Shown piece by piece: positions 19,412 to 30,340 of a stretch of 64,000 nucleotides of DNA. Each line of letters begins with the position of its first letter. Within the stretch, counting starts at the first letter, position 1. Made by a program: the position numbers and the translations under genes. Below the pieces are notes generated by a model that saw only the letters and a list, made by a program, of their open reading frames with translations, made no database searches and was not told the origin of the DNA. The stretch is from positions 416,001 through 480,000 of the forward strand of contig CAVPLM010000003.1 of assembly GCA_963706025.1 (NCBI GenBank), read 5' to 3'. This DNA is from an uncultured Actinomycetes bacterium. Its GTDB lineage: Bacteria; Actinomycetota; Thermoleophilia; RBG-16-64-13.

Positions 19412-20244
19412 GGAGACAGGAGCTATACGCGCAGATGGCCGACCTCACCGGACGAGGGGTGCCGTTCGTCCTTGCCACCATCATCGGGACTTCAGGCTCC
19501 AGCCCGCGCGGCGTGGGGACGAAGATGCTCGTCATGGGAGACGGCAAGACCGTCGAGACGATCGGCGGAGGAGCACTGGAGAAGCAGGTCATAGCCGATG
19601 CTCTGACCTGTCTTGTCTCCGGGGCGTCCCGCATCGAGCGTTACGAACTGCGCGCGCAGGGAGATCACGCTCTGGGTACTTTGTGCGGAGGGGAGGCTAC
19701 GGTCTTCCTGGAGGCGCACGTGCCGGATCGCACTCTTCTCATCGTGGGAGCCGGCCACGTGGGCCGTAGTCTCTGCCGGTGCGCCAAGCTGCTCGACTAT
19801 CAGGTGGTGGTGCTGGACCCCCGGGAAGACATGGTGACTCCGGAACGCTATCCCGAGGCCGACCGGTTGATCTGCGGCGATCCGGCGCAGACCGCGGACC
19901 TGTTCCCCATCTCGTCGACGACCCACGTGGTCATCGTTACCCACGGCCATCAGCTCGACAAAGACGCCCTGCTTTCGGTGATCGGTTCTCCCGCCGCCTA
20001 CATCGGGATGATGGGGAGCGCCACCAAAGTGCGGGCCGTTCTCGCTCAGCTCCGGGAGGCCGGGGTCGATCCAGGACTGCTCGACCGGGTTCATGCTCCC
20101 ATAGGTCTGGATATCGGGGCTGAGACCCCCGCCGAGCTGGCGCTTTGCATCATGGCCGAGATAGTGGCCGATGGCTACGGCAGGCTGAGCGGACTGAGAA
20201 ACGCAGCCGCTGAGACTGGAGTCCGGGAGGGGTGTGGGGAGTGA
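19408..20244 (+). CDS. xdhC: XdhC/CoxI family Moco chaperone
   Basis: GSSPRG, TIGGG, CGG, THGH..D, YIGMMGS, PIGLDIGAETPAELAL. Confidence 0.92.
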   Translation: MRRQELYAQMADLTGRGVPFVLATIIGTSGSSPRGVGTKMLVMGDGKTVETIGGGALEKQVIADALTCLVSGASRIERYELRAQGDHALGTLCGGEATVFLEAHVPDRTLLIVGAGHVGRSLCRCAKLLDYQVVVLDPREDMVTPERYPEADRLICGDPAQTADLFPISSTTHVVIVTHGHQLDKDALLSVIGSPAAYIGMMGSATKVRAVLAQLREAGVDPGLLDRVHAPIGLDIGAETPAELALCIMAEIVADGYGRLSGLRNAAAETGVREGCGE

Positions 20245-21095
20245 TGACGGTCTCCGCGCCCGTGACCCCCGTCAGTCCCAGCCGGCGGCCGGTGGCTCTG
20301 GTCAAAGGGGCCGGGGACCTGGCGAGCGGGATAGCCGTTAGGCTTCATCGGGCCGGGTTCGCGGTGGTGATGACCGAGATCGACCGTCCGACCGCGGTGC
20401 GCCGCACTGTGGCTTTCGCGGAAGCCGTCTATGAAGGGTCCGTGGAGGTGGAAGGCATCGAGGGAGTGAAGGCGCCGGACGCGGAAACGGTCCGGCGGCT
20501 CCTCGCGGCCGGGAAGATTCCCGTGATAGTCGACCCTGAGGCCCTCATCAGACGCGAAATCGCGCCACTCCTCGTGGTCGACGCCATCCTGGCCAAGCGC
20601 AACCTGGGCACCCGGATCACGGATGCCCCGGCCGTGGTAGCGCTGGGGCCGGGATTCGTCGCCGGAGTCGACGCGCACGCCGTCGTCGAGACGAAACGCG
20701 GCCATGCTCTGGGCAGGGTGATCTGGCGAGGGGAGGCCTACCCCGACACCGGCGTTCCCGGAGAGGTGGGCGGCTTTGGAGAGGAGCGCGTGCTTCGCGC
20801 GCCCGGACCGGGAGTGTTCGAGGGCACGAAGGAGATCGGCGCCATGGTCGCGGCGGGCGAGATCGTGGGCCAGGTCGGAGACGCTCCGGTCCGGGCTCGT
20901 CTGGACGGAGTGCTGCGCGGCCTGCTTCGCTCCGGATTGGAGGTGACCGGCGGGTCCAAGCTGGGCGATGTCGATCCCCGGGCCACCCGGGAAAACTGCT
21001 TTCTGGTCTCGGATAAGGCTTTGGCGATCGCGGGCGGAGTGCTTGAAGCCGCCTGTGGTCTTTTGGGCGGCGTGCGTTTCGTGGTCGATCGCTGA
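20244..21095 (+). CDS. yqeB: Selenium-dependent molybdenum hydroxylase system protein YqeB
   Basis: KGAGDLASG, AVRRTVAFAEA, DAILAKRN, LGPGF, ETKRGH, GDVDPR, SDKALAIAGGVLEA. Confidence 0.92.
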   Translation: MTVSAPVTPVSPSRRPVALVKGAGDLASGIAVRLHRAGFAVVMTEIDRPTAVRRTVAFAEAVYEGSVEVEGIEGVKAPDAETVRRLLAAGKIPVIVDPEALIRREIAPLLVVDAILAKRNLGTRITDAPAVVALGPGFVAGVDAHAVVETKRGHALGRVIWRGEAYPDTGVPGEVGGFGEERVLRAPGPGVFEGTKEIGAMVAAGEIVGQVGDAPVRARLDGVLRGLLRSGLEVTGGSKLGDVDPRATRENCFLVSDKALAIAGGVLEAACGLLGGVRFVVDR

Positions 21096-21113
21096 ATTAG
21101 AAGGAGGTTCATC

Positions 21114-22118
21114 GTGAAGTCCTACACTACTCTCATCAAGGGCGCCCGACTGGTCGTCGAGACCTGCTTCGCCGTGAAGGCCGGCGATGCGGTGCTCATC
21201 ATCTGTGACGAGGATCACCGGCGTGAAGCGGAGGCTATAGCCGGGGTGGCGGTGTCGCTGGGCGCCTATCCGGTGGTCGCCGACATCTCCCATCATGTCA
21301 GCTCGGCGCTCGCGTCGATGAAGGTTCCCATGGAGCCGGCCAAGAACCTGGCAGCCGCGATGGAGGCTTCGGACGTCATCATCATCACCACCAACCTGGA
21401 GTGGGCCAACCGCTTCGCCCACGTCAATCCTGTGGCCGCCAGCGTGAGCAAAGGGGCCAAGATCGGCTCGGTGGAAGAGGGCATGGCCGACTGGGATCTG
21501 ACCAAGGAGGAGATCGACCAGACCGTCGCCCGGGCAGAGAAGCTCATGGCCGCGCTTGAAGGGGTGGAGTGGGTGCGGGTGACCAACCCGGCCGGTACGG
21601 ACGTCAAGGTCTGCATCAAAGACCGTCCGCCCCTGAAGGTGGTGCCCATCAAGGGTGCGGGAGAGATGATGGGCCCGGTGCCCCTGTGGGGCGAAGTGGC
21701 CTATGCCGCGGTGGAAGACAAGACCGAGGGCGTGATAGTCGTCGATGGCATCATGCTGGGAGTGGGGGTCTTCGGCTCACTGCAGAACACCATCACGTGG
21801 GTCATCAAGGACGGCCGGGCGGTGGAGATCACCGGCGGAGCCGAAGCCGAGCGGCTGCGCAACGTGGTAGCCGGTTCGGACGAGAACGCCAATGTCGTGG
21901 CCGAGTTCGCCATGGGGACCAGCACCAAATCGCCGCGAGGCTCGGCGTCGGAGAAAGGGCTGCTCGGCACGGTGCATTTCGCCCTGGGTGACAACTCCCA
22001 CTGCTATCCCGGGGGCTGCAGCCACAGCAGTCTGCACCTCGACGGCAACCTGCTGAACGTGACGGTCGAGACCGGCGATGGCCGCGTGCTCATCAAGGAC
22101 GGGGAGTTGGTGATCTGA
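21114..22118 (+). CDS. M29 (aminopeptidase T/NicX-fold) metallo-amidohydrolase
   Basis: GTD, P.GEV, EGVIVVDG, AEFAMGT, EK..GTVHFALGDN, HLD. Confidence 0.8.
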   Translation: MKSYTTLIKGARLVVETCFAVKAGDAVLIICDEDHRREAEAIAGVAVSLGAYPVVADISHHVSSALASMKVPMEPAKNLAAAMEASDVIIITTNLEWANRFAHVNPVAASVSKGAKIGSVEEGMADWDLTKEEIDQTVARAEKLMAALEGVEWVRVTNPAGTDVKVCIKDRPPLKVVPIKGAGEMMGPVPLWGEVAYAAVEDKTEGVIVVDGIMLGVGVFGSLQNTITWVIKDGRAVEITGGAEAERLRNVVAGSDENANVVAEFAMGTSTKSPRGSASEKGLLGTVHFALGDNSHCYPGGCSHSSLHLDGNLLNVTVETGDGRVLIKDGELVI

Positions 22119-22550
22119 ATGGGTGAGGATACGGGGGACGGCGAGAAGAGAGCCGGCGGGATCAACGACGTCGAAAGCGCACTCGAGAAGATATGCGTGG
22201 TCGATCTCAGCGAGGGTAAACGGACCGACCTGCCCGACGGAAGCTGGGTGTGCGAATTGGTATCGAAGGCCTTGAACGGGGCGGAGGGCACCTGCATGGG
22301 CTTCTCCACGTGGAAGCCGGGGGCCTCGACGAAGCAGATGGTGCACGAGACCGAGGAGATGGCCTATATCGTCTGCGGCGAAGGTAAGCTCTCGGTCGGC
22401 GACAAGTTTGTCTCGTACAAGGCCGGCCAGGGAGTGCTCATCCCGGCGGGGGTCCCGCACGGAGTGGTCAACGATTCCGATGAGGATATGACCATGGTCT
22501 ACATCTTCTCCTATCCAGAGTACCCGCCGACGAAGGCGGCCGGAGAGTAG
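22119..22550 (+). CDS. Cupin domain protein
   Basis: VHETEEMAYIVCGEG ... IPAGVPHGV. Confidence 0.85.
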   Translation: MGEDTGDGEKRAGGINDVESALEKICVVDLSEGKRTDLPDGSWVCELVSKALNGAEGTCMGFSTWKPGASTKQMVHETEEMAYIVCGEGKLSVGDKFVSYKAGQGVLIPAGVPHGVVNDSDEDMTMVYIFSYPEYPPTKAAGE

Positions 22551-22665
22551 GGACGGTAGGGGCCGGGATCCGCCCGACGAGGGAGCCGGGCGCAGCCGCG
22601 CGAGGGGACGCCCGTCGGTGGCAGGACTGCGGACTGGGACGCCCGTCGGCTATGGGCTATGAGGC

Positions 22666-24151
22666 TCAGCTCCCGCAGGCGCGGATGATCACGTCCCGGT
22701 AGATCTCCACGCATCGGTGGAGATCGACGAGGGGCACGTGCTCGTTGGGCTTGTGGATGTTCCCCGCAGCCTGGCCGGGGCCGAAGACGATCGTGTCCAT
22801 GCCCGCTTCCCGGTAGACAGGGGCTTCCGTGGTACCGCTCTTCAGCTCCGGCTCCAGTGGTAGACCGCGCGTGCCCAACTCGACCATCAGCGCGGCCAGC
22901 ATGTCTGAGTCATCGACGGCCCGGAAGGGGGCGCTTTCGAGGATCCTCTCGGTGCCGAGCCTCAGACCCTCGCCGTGAGGGGGGCTCAGATCCTCCAGGG
23001 CTTTGAGCGCGGTTTCGTGGGCGTCGAGCATCTCGGTCGGCAACTCCCCCGGGACCGTCCTGACGTCGAGCACGTACGACAAACGGGCCTGGTCCAAGCT
23101 CACCAGTCCATTGTTGACGGTGCTGAACGGAGGATCGAATCCAGGTGCCTCGCAAGGCGCGCAGTCCTCGTTCCAGATCGCGGGTAAGAGAGTGGACAGT
23201 GAGGAGCAGCCTGGCGAGCTCTGGGGACCAGACTGCGTCCCCGGAGGGCACGGCAGGTTCAACGCTGCAACTGACGCCTGCCGCAGCTGCCGCGGGAGTC
23301 AGAAGGCTGCCCGCGTCAGGAGCGGTGCCGGCGACCACGACGGCCTCACACCGGGCGGCCACCTTGTTGACGGCGTCCCCGCCCCGGACTGAGACTATCG
23401 CGGGGACGTCATACGCACCGCTGCTCTCTGCCGCCCCGGTCAGAGACGCCAACGCATCGAGGCAGGCGGTGTTGGCCGAAGCCCCTCGGTGAGGCTGGGA
23501 CGAGTGCGCGGCGATACCCGCAAACACCAGGCGCCAGCAGGGCAGGGATGGGATTCGCAGCGGAGTCGGGTCACTGCCCTCGGTGCGGAACTCCAGGTAG
23601 CCCTTGTGCGCGGTACAGGGTCGTAGGCCCGTGGGCTCGCCTACCAGGACGCAGCGCGGAACGGCTCCGCTGCCGCGTACCTGCAACTCCCGCACCAGCA
23701 GCTTCGCGCCATAGCGGCCGGTCTCCTCTCCGTACGTGGCCGCCAGGGCCACGTTGTGGCGCAGATGGACGTCACGAAGCGACTCCAAGGCCAGCAGCTT
23801 GCAGAGCAGATCGAGCTTCACGTCGGCAGTGCCCAGTCCGTAGAGCAGGCCCTCGTGCTGGGTGAGGGAGAAGGGGTCACCCTCCGTGGCCGTCCACAGC
23901 GAGGCATCTCCCGGAGGCACGGTGTCGGTGTGGGTCGCCAGAAGAAGCGTGTCTCGGTCGAGTGGCCCGCGGGAGGCGAGCAGGTTGTACTGCTGCACCC
24001 CCCCTTGGGTCTCTTGTTGAAGTGAGGTCTCCAGACCGGCAAGTTGGCACAGGGGGATCAGGAACTCGATGAGCCCGATATTCGAGACAGCCGATCTGGT
24101 GTCGATGGCGATCATCCGTCGAGCGAGCGAAAGGAGATCGAGGGTCGTCAT
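22666..24151 (-). CDS. M20 peptidase / ArgE-like deacylase (indel near 23150)
   Basis: THTDTVP, GLGTADVK, GEETG, GEPT, AHSS in one frame; GTTEA, FGPG, HKPNE in the next frame. Confidence 0.82.
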
Positions 24152-24275
24152 CCGCGCCGTCCTTTCCGATCCGAAGCCGGGTGCTGTGTCTGTTCGGGGA
24201 GATCCTGGTCCGCGAACGTGCCGCGTGCTTGAATGTAGGCTGCAAGAGGGGGTTTTGCAAGACGGGAAAGAGGCT

Positions 24276-24941
24276 GTGAGGGGAAGAAGGGCTCGAGGGT
24301 CGAGATCGCGCTGGGTGGGCCTTGTGGTCGGAGGGGCGCTGGTCGCGGCCGTCGCCCTTGGCGGAATCGCCGGTGCTTCGGGCTGCGGCCCGGATCCGTC
24401 CGCCGGCGAAGCATCCGGACAAGCACCCGAGCAGACCTCAAGTTCCCTCAGCCCCATGATGCGGGCGTACTATGAAGCTCACCCCACCCTGGTCGACGGG
24501 CCCCTCCAGCCTGCTCCGACGCCGACCGACGAGATCGTGGCCGACATCCGGATGGGCCTCGAGGTCGGAGAGGACGTCTGGCTGCCCGATTATCTCCCTG
24601 CTGGTTTCGTGCTGGCCGCACCCTACAACGGCGACGGCAGCGGGTCGGCCTATCCAAATCCATACGCCGTCGGCAGGGGATACAGCGTCACCTACACCGA
24701 CGGTGTCGGCTATATCATGGTGATGAAAAACTCCGAAGACGACCTTTCGGGGGGCGAGTGGGTCCCCCTCGCCGAGACACTGGCCGGGCGGCGTCTGCGC
24801 CTGCTGCGGGACGCGGAGGTCACGTTGGTGGCGACAGTAGATGATGGGGAGGACAGCCTGCTGGTGGCGGGGGCGGGTTTTGGAGGCGAGCGATTGGCAG
24901 CGGAGTTGACCCGGGTTGCGGCGAGTCTATCGATGCGCTAG
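24276..24941 (+). CDS. Hypothetical secreted/lipoprotein
   Basis: Basic N-terminus, hydrophobic stretch, ASGC lipobox-like site, WLPDYLPAGF; start uncertain. Confidence 0.55.
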   Translation: MRGRRARGSRSRWVGLVVGGALVAAVALGGIAGASGCGPDPSAGEASGQAPEQTSSSLSPMMRAYYEAHPTLVDGPLQPAPTPTDEIVADIRMGLEVGEDVWLPDYLPAGFVLAAPYNGDGSGSAYPNPYAVGRGYSVTYTDGVGYIMVMKNSEDDLSGGEWVPLAETLAGRRLRLLRDAEVTLVATVDDGEDSLLVAGAGFGGERLAAELTRVAASLSMR

Positions 24942-25004
24942 GGGCAGAAGAACTCCCTGGAAATGAGCCTCTTTCCTCGACAGCTCGACGTCCATAGGCG
25001 GTCT

Positions 25005-25031
25005 GTGACAGGACTGTCCAGGTGATATAAT
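25005..25031 (+). promoter_or_regulatory. Extended -10 promoter for hdr-flx operon
   Basis: TGaTATAAT at 25023-25031; GTGACA 15 nt upstream of the -10. Confidence 0.55.
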
Positions 25032-25138
25032 TGCACGCTGGTGTGCCGCACCAGCCCGCCCGCCCGCTTTTCATTGATTGCCGCTGGTCGCGGCCGCGCG
25101 CACACCCCGGGCCGTCTTTCCCAGTGAGGAGGGTTGGT

Positions 25139-25846
25139 TTGATCCGATACGACGCAACACAGGCAGCGTTCTATCGGGAGAAGTTGATCAAGAGGGTCGA
25201 GGCGGACGTTCGAGACTGCTACCAGTGCGGCAACTGCTCCGCTGGCTGTCCGGCCGCTTTCACCTTCGACTACACTCCCAACCAGGTCATGCGGATGCTC
25301 CAGGTGGGCCTGGTCGACAAGGTGCTGGATTCCACGGCGGTGCAGCTGTGCGTCCAGTGCCTGACCTGCACGGCCCGCTGCCCGCGCGACATCGACATCG
25401 CCGGCATCTTCGAAGACCTGAAGACCATCGCCACCGCCCAGGAGCGCGAGGTCCCCGAGCATGCGAAGACCTTCAACAAGGCCTTCATGGGCGCGGTGGC
25501 CCGCTTCGGCCGGCTGCCCGAGCTCTACATGATGGGCATGTTCTACCTGGGCACCATGAACCCGAAGATGGCCATGGGCGACGTCGGTCTGGCGATCCCC
25601 ATGGTGACCAAGGGCAAGATGAAGTTCATCCCGCGCAAGGCCAAGGGCGCCGACGAGGTGGCCCGCATCTACAAGAAGACCATGGAGAAGGCCAAGGCGC
25701 GCGAGAAAGCCGAGGCGCGAGGCTCGAGAAGCCGCCGCTGAGGCGGCCAAGGCGGCTGCGGCGGCCAAGGCAGCAGCCGCGGCCGGGACGGCGCCGCCGC
25801 CCACGGGGCCTCCGCCCCTAACGCCGAAAGCGAGGTGGCCGAATGA
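25139..25846 (+). CDS. hdrC: Heterodisulfide reductase subunit C (indels in Ala-rich tail)
   Basis: CYQCGNCSAGCP and CVQCLTCTARCP; TTG start after GAGGAGG; end inferred at ATGA overlap with hdrB. Confidence 0.88.
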
Positions 25847-26884
25847 GCCTCGCCTACTATCCCGGGCTGCTCTCTGCGCCATTCCTCGGCCGAGTTCGAC
25901 GTCTCCACCCGCAAGGTGCTCGCCGCGCTGGGCGTGGAGTACAAGGAAGTGCCCGACTGGACCTGCTGCGGCTCCACGCCGGCGCACATGATGGACCACC
26001 TGCTGGCCCAGGCTCTGGCCGCGCGCAACCTGCGCCAGGCGGCCGAGGTGGGCGACGAGCTGCTGGCTCCCTGCCCCTCCTGCTATCAGCGGGAGAAGAA
26101 CGCCGAGCTCGAGATCCACAAGAGCGACGCCTTCCGGGCCGAGGTCAACGAGGTCCTCGACAAGCCCTACACGGGCCAGGTCAAGGTCTACGCGCTGCCC
26201 GAGTACCTGATGAAGTTCGTGGGCGAGGAGAAGATCGCCTCCCTGGTCAAGACCGACCTCTCCCAGCTCAAGGTCGTCCCCTACTACGGCTGCCTGCTCG
26301 GCCGTCCGAGCGAGCTGACCGGCGAATGCGACAACGAGCAGCCCATGATGATGGACCTGCTGCTGCAGGCCGCGGGCGTCGACGTCAAGTGGTGGAACTA
26401 CAAGACCGAGTGCTGCGGCGCCAGCGTGGGCATGCCCAAGATGGAGATCCAGCGGCGGCTGAGCGGCAAGATCATCGAGCAGGCGCTGGCCGCGGGCGCG
26501 GAGGCCATCGTGGTGTGCTGCCCGCTCTGCCACGTCAACCTCGACCTCAAGCAGGCCCAGATCAACAGCTTCCTGGGCACCGACTACAAGGTGCCCATCC
26601 TCTACCTGCCGCAGGTGCTGGGACTGGCCCTCGGGCCTGAGCGCCGACGACGTCATGCTGAGCAAGAACATCGTCGACCCCGAGCCGCTGGTCAAGAAGG
26701 CCATCGCCGAGGCCGCGGCCGTCAGGGCCGAGGAAGAGCGCAAGGCGGCTGAGAAGGCGGCCAAGGCGGCGGCGCGTGAGGCCAAGGCGGCGGCCGACGC
26801 AGAGGCCGCCGAGCCGGCCGCGACGGCCGCGACGGCCGCGACCGGCGCGACGCCGAAGCCGCGGACGCGGAGGCGCAGCCATGA
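25843..26884 (+). CDS. hdrB: Heterodisulfide reductase subunit B (several indels)
   Basis: YYPGC (after indel), WTCCG, PCPSC, YYGCLL, CCGAS, CPLCHVNLD: two CCG domains. Confidence 0.9.
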
Positions 26885-28850
26885 GGATAGGAGTCTTCGT
26901 CTGCCACTGCGGCAGCAACATCGCCGGCACGGTCGACGTGGCCGGCGTGGCCAAGCGGGCCCTCAGCCTCAAGGACGTCGTCCACGCCGAGAACATCATG
27001 TACACCTGCTCCGAGCCGGGCCAGGCCGCCATCCAGAAGGCCATCCAGGAGAAGAAGCTCGACCGGGTGGTCGTGGCGGCCTGCTCGCCCCACATGCACG
27101 AGGTCACCTTCCGGCGCTGCGTCGACAACGGGGGCCTCAACCCCTACCTCTTCGAGATGGCCAACATCCGCGAGCACTGCTCCTGGATCCACACCGACAT
27201 GCCGGTGGCCACCGAGAAGGCCTGGGACATCATCAAGATGTCCGTGGCCAAGGCCCGCCAACTCGAGCCCCTCTGGTCCAACGAGGTGGAGGTCAACAAG
27301 GACGTCCTCGTCATCGGCGGCGGGGTGGCCGGCATCCAGGCCGCTCTCGACCTGGCCGACGCCGGTCTCAAGGTGACCATCGTCGAGAGAGAGACCACCA
27401 TCGGCGGGGTCATGGCCAAGCTGGACAAGACCTTCCCCACCATCGACTGCTCGGCCTGCATCCTCACGCCGCGCATGGTCGACTGCGCCCAGCACGAGAA
27501 CATCGACCTCATGGCCTACTGCGAGGTCGACAAGGTCTCGGGCTACGTGGGCAACTTCACCGTCGATATCCGCAAGAAGGCGTCCATGGTCGACTGGACC
27601 AAGTGCATCGGCTGCGAGATCTGCGTGCAGAAATGCCCGTCCAAAGCCCCCGACATCTTCAACGTGGGGCTGGAGCCCACCAAGGCCATCTACATCCCCT
27701 TCCCGCAGGCGGTGCCCAAGCGGGCGGCCATCCAGGTGGACTACTGCCGCTGGTTCACCCAGGGCAAGTGCAGGGTGTGCGAGCGGGTCTGCCCGGCCGA
27801 CGCCATCGACTACGAGCAGAAGGAAGAGATCGTCCAGAAGCGTTTCGGCGCCATCGTGGTGGCCACCGGCCTGGACGTCTTCCCCTGGGAGGAGCACTAC
27901 CACGAATACGGCTCGGGCAAGATCAAGGACGTCATCTCCGGCCTTCAGTACGAGCGGATGCTGAACGCCTCCGGTCCGTACGGCGGCCACGTCCACCGGC
28001 TCTCCAACGGCGAGGACCCGAAGACGGTGGTCTTCATCCAGTGCGTGGGCTCGCGGGACGAGTCGGTGGGCCGGCCCTACTGCTCCAGCGTGTGCTGCAT
28101 GTACACGGCGAAGCAGGCGCTGCTGACCAAGGACCACTGCGGCATGGACACCGAGGTCTACGTCTTCTACATCGACATCCGCGCCACCGGCAAGGGCTAC
28201 GAGGAGTTCATCAAGCGGGTCCAGACCGAGTTCGGCGTCAAGTACGTGCGGGGCCGGGTCTCCAAGCTCTACGAGGAGGACGGCAAGGTCATGGTGCGCG
28301 GCATCGGACACCCTGCTGGGCGAGCAGGTGGAGATCGCCGCCGACCTGGTGGTGCTGGCGAGCGGCATCACTGGCCGCCGACGGCGCCAAGGAGCTGGCC
28401 CAGAAGCTCAACATCAGCTACGACGAGTTCGGCTTCATCAAAGAAGGCCATCCCGAAGCTGCGCCCGGTCGAGACCAACACGGCCGGCGTCTTCCTGGCC
28501 GGCGCCTGCCAGGCGCCCAAGGACATCCCGGCCACGGTGGCCCAGGCCTCCGGCACGGCCTCCAAGGTCATCGGCCTGCTGGCCAAGGACAAGCTCAAGA
28601 CCAGCCCGATGATCGCCGTCGTCGGCCAGAAGGACTGCGTGTCCTGCTGGAAGTGCATCGAGGTGTGCCCGTTCAGCGCTCCCGAGAAGCAGGAGGTGCG
28701 CCCGGGCGAGTTCAAGAGCCACGTGATCGAGACGGTCTGCCAGGGCTGCGGCGTATGCGTCGCCACCTGCCCGGTGAACTGCATCTCGCTCAAGGGATTC
28801 CCGACCGACGCCATCCTCGACCAGATCGAGGAAGTCCTCACTGGTCATAG
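26881..28850 (+). CDS. hdrA: Heterodisulfide reductase subunit A (local indels 28310-28450)
   Basis: MRIGVFVCHCGSNI, AACSP, NIREHCSW, GGGVAG, LDKTFPT.DC..C, QCVGSRD, YCSSVCCMY, PKDIP, C-terminal ferredoxin. Confidence 0.95.
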
Positions 28851-28863
28851 AAAGGCGGTGAAG

Positions 28864-29360
28864 ATGGCCGAAGCAACGACAACTCAAGCCAGCGGCGCCG
28901 CCTCCAGAGCGCCGCGCCCGGCGGCCGGCGCCGGCCGCCGCCGCGGCCGGCGACCGTCCGGTCAAGATCATCGGCATCGTCTGCAACTGGTGCAGCTACG
29001 CCGGCGCCGACACCGCCGGTGTGGGCCGCTTCAAGCAGCCGGCCAACCTCCGGCTGGTGCGCGTGCCCTGCACGGGCCGCATCGACCCGCTGTTCGCCCT
29101 CAAGGCCTTCGAGAAGGGGGCCGACGGCGTGCTCATCAGCGGCTGCCACCCCGGCGACTGCCACTACTCCGAAGGCAACTACTACGCCCGGCGCAAGTTC
29201 GAGCTGCTCGAGCGGATGATCCACCACCTGGGCATCCCCAAGGAGCGCTTCAAGTGGACCTGGGTCTCGGCTTCGGAAGGGCCAGCGCTGGCAGAAGGTG
29301 GTCACCGAGTTCGTGGCCGGGGTGGAGAAGCTCGGCCCTCGCGAGGGGAGGGCCCTGTGA
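28864..29360 (+). CDS. flxD: MvhD/FlxD [2Fe-2S] subunit (indels)
   Basis: IIGIVCNWCSYAGAD, RVPCTGRIDP, GCHPGDCHY, WVSASEG. Confidence 0.9.
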
Positions 29361-30329
29361 GCCGGCAAGACCACATCCGCGAGTTCGCCGCCGCTGCGCT
29401 GCGGCGACGGCCGAGTGGACTACTTCATCGGCTGGAAGCAGGGCCACAACTCGTCCGAGGTCATCCCGGCCTTCGTGAAAGACCCGGCCGAGGTCGACCA
29501 GCTCGTCTGGAACCCGCTCTGCCACCACAACCTGGTGACCTTCCTCAAGCGCAACATGCCCGACCCGGCCGGCGCCAAGATCGGCGTCTGCGTCAAGGGC
29601 TGCGACAGCCGCACCCTGGTGGCGCTGCTCCAGGAAGAGCTGGTCGACAAGGACAAGCTCTACGTGGTGGGCGTGCCCTGCGACGGCATCGTCGACCGGC
29701 GCAAGCTGGAGAAGGAGTTCGCCGACGAGATCGTCGACATCGCCTTCTCCGGAACGGCAAGGTGGCCGTCACCACCCGGCAAGGGAGCGGGAAAGAATTC
29801 GCCAAAGACGCGGTGCTGCTCGATGTCTGCGGCCGCTGCCGCTACCCCAACCCCGTCTACGCGGACGACACCGCCGGTCCGCTGGTAGACGGAGCCCGAT
29901 CGCAAGCACGCGGAGCCCGACTGGAGCGACATCGCCGACTACGAGAACCTCTCCGACGACGACAAGCAGGCCCTGCTGGAGCAGATCTACTCGACCTGCG
30001 TCCGCTGCTTCGCCTGCATCAACGTGTGCCCGGTGTGCTTCTGCTGGGACAAGTGCGTGAACCGCTCGCGCCAGCCCGAGCTGGTGAGCCAGAAGGTAGG
30101 GCCCAAGGAGAACCTGCTGTTCCAGATGGTGCACATGTTCCACGTGGCCGGCCGCTGCCCGTCGTGCGGCGCCTGCGACCGGGCCTGCCCGGTGGAGATC
30201 CCGCTCTACCTGCTGCACCGGAAGATGAACAAGGAGATCTACGACATGTTCGGATTCGAGCCGGGCACCAAGCTCGACGAGAAGCCGGTGTTCCAGGTGT
30301 TCGACCTCACCGACCAATTCGGCGACTGA
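29357..30329 (+). CDS. flxC: FlxC-like 4Fe-4S protein (indels)
   Basis: VKGCDSR, CVRCFACINVCPVCFC, HVAGRCPSCGACDRACP across three frames. Confidence 0.82.
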
Positions 30330-30340
30330 AAGGAGGGACG

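Noticed and set aside
1-22550. Ordinary purine/pyrimidine catabolic cluster
   Set aside because: Not excluded, but no dihydropyrimidinase, ureidopropionase, allantoinase or deaminase is present, and PPAT-like, UbiD, two ADH and two AOR genes are unexplained by it
22550-22665. GC-rich inverted segments between cupin and M20 genes as an ncRNA
   Set aside because: Explained adequately as a terminator region between convergent genes
25139-29360. Selenocysteine in HdrA/MvhD given nearby Se genes
   Set aside because: The Cys motifs I checked use TGC; ORF breaks are indels, not in-frame TGA at Cys positions
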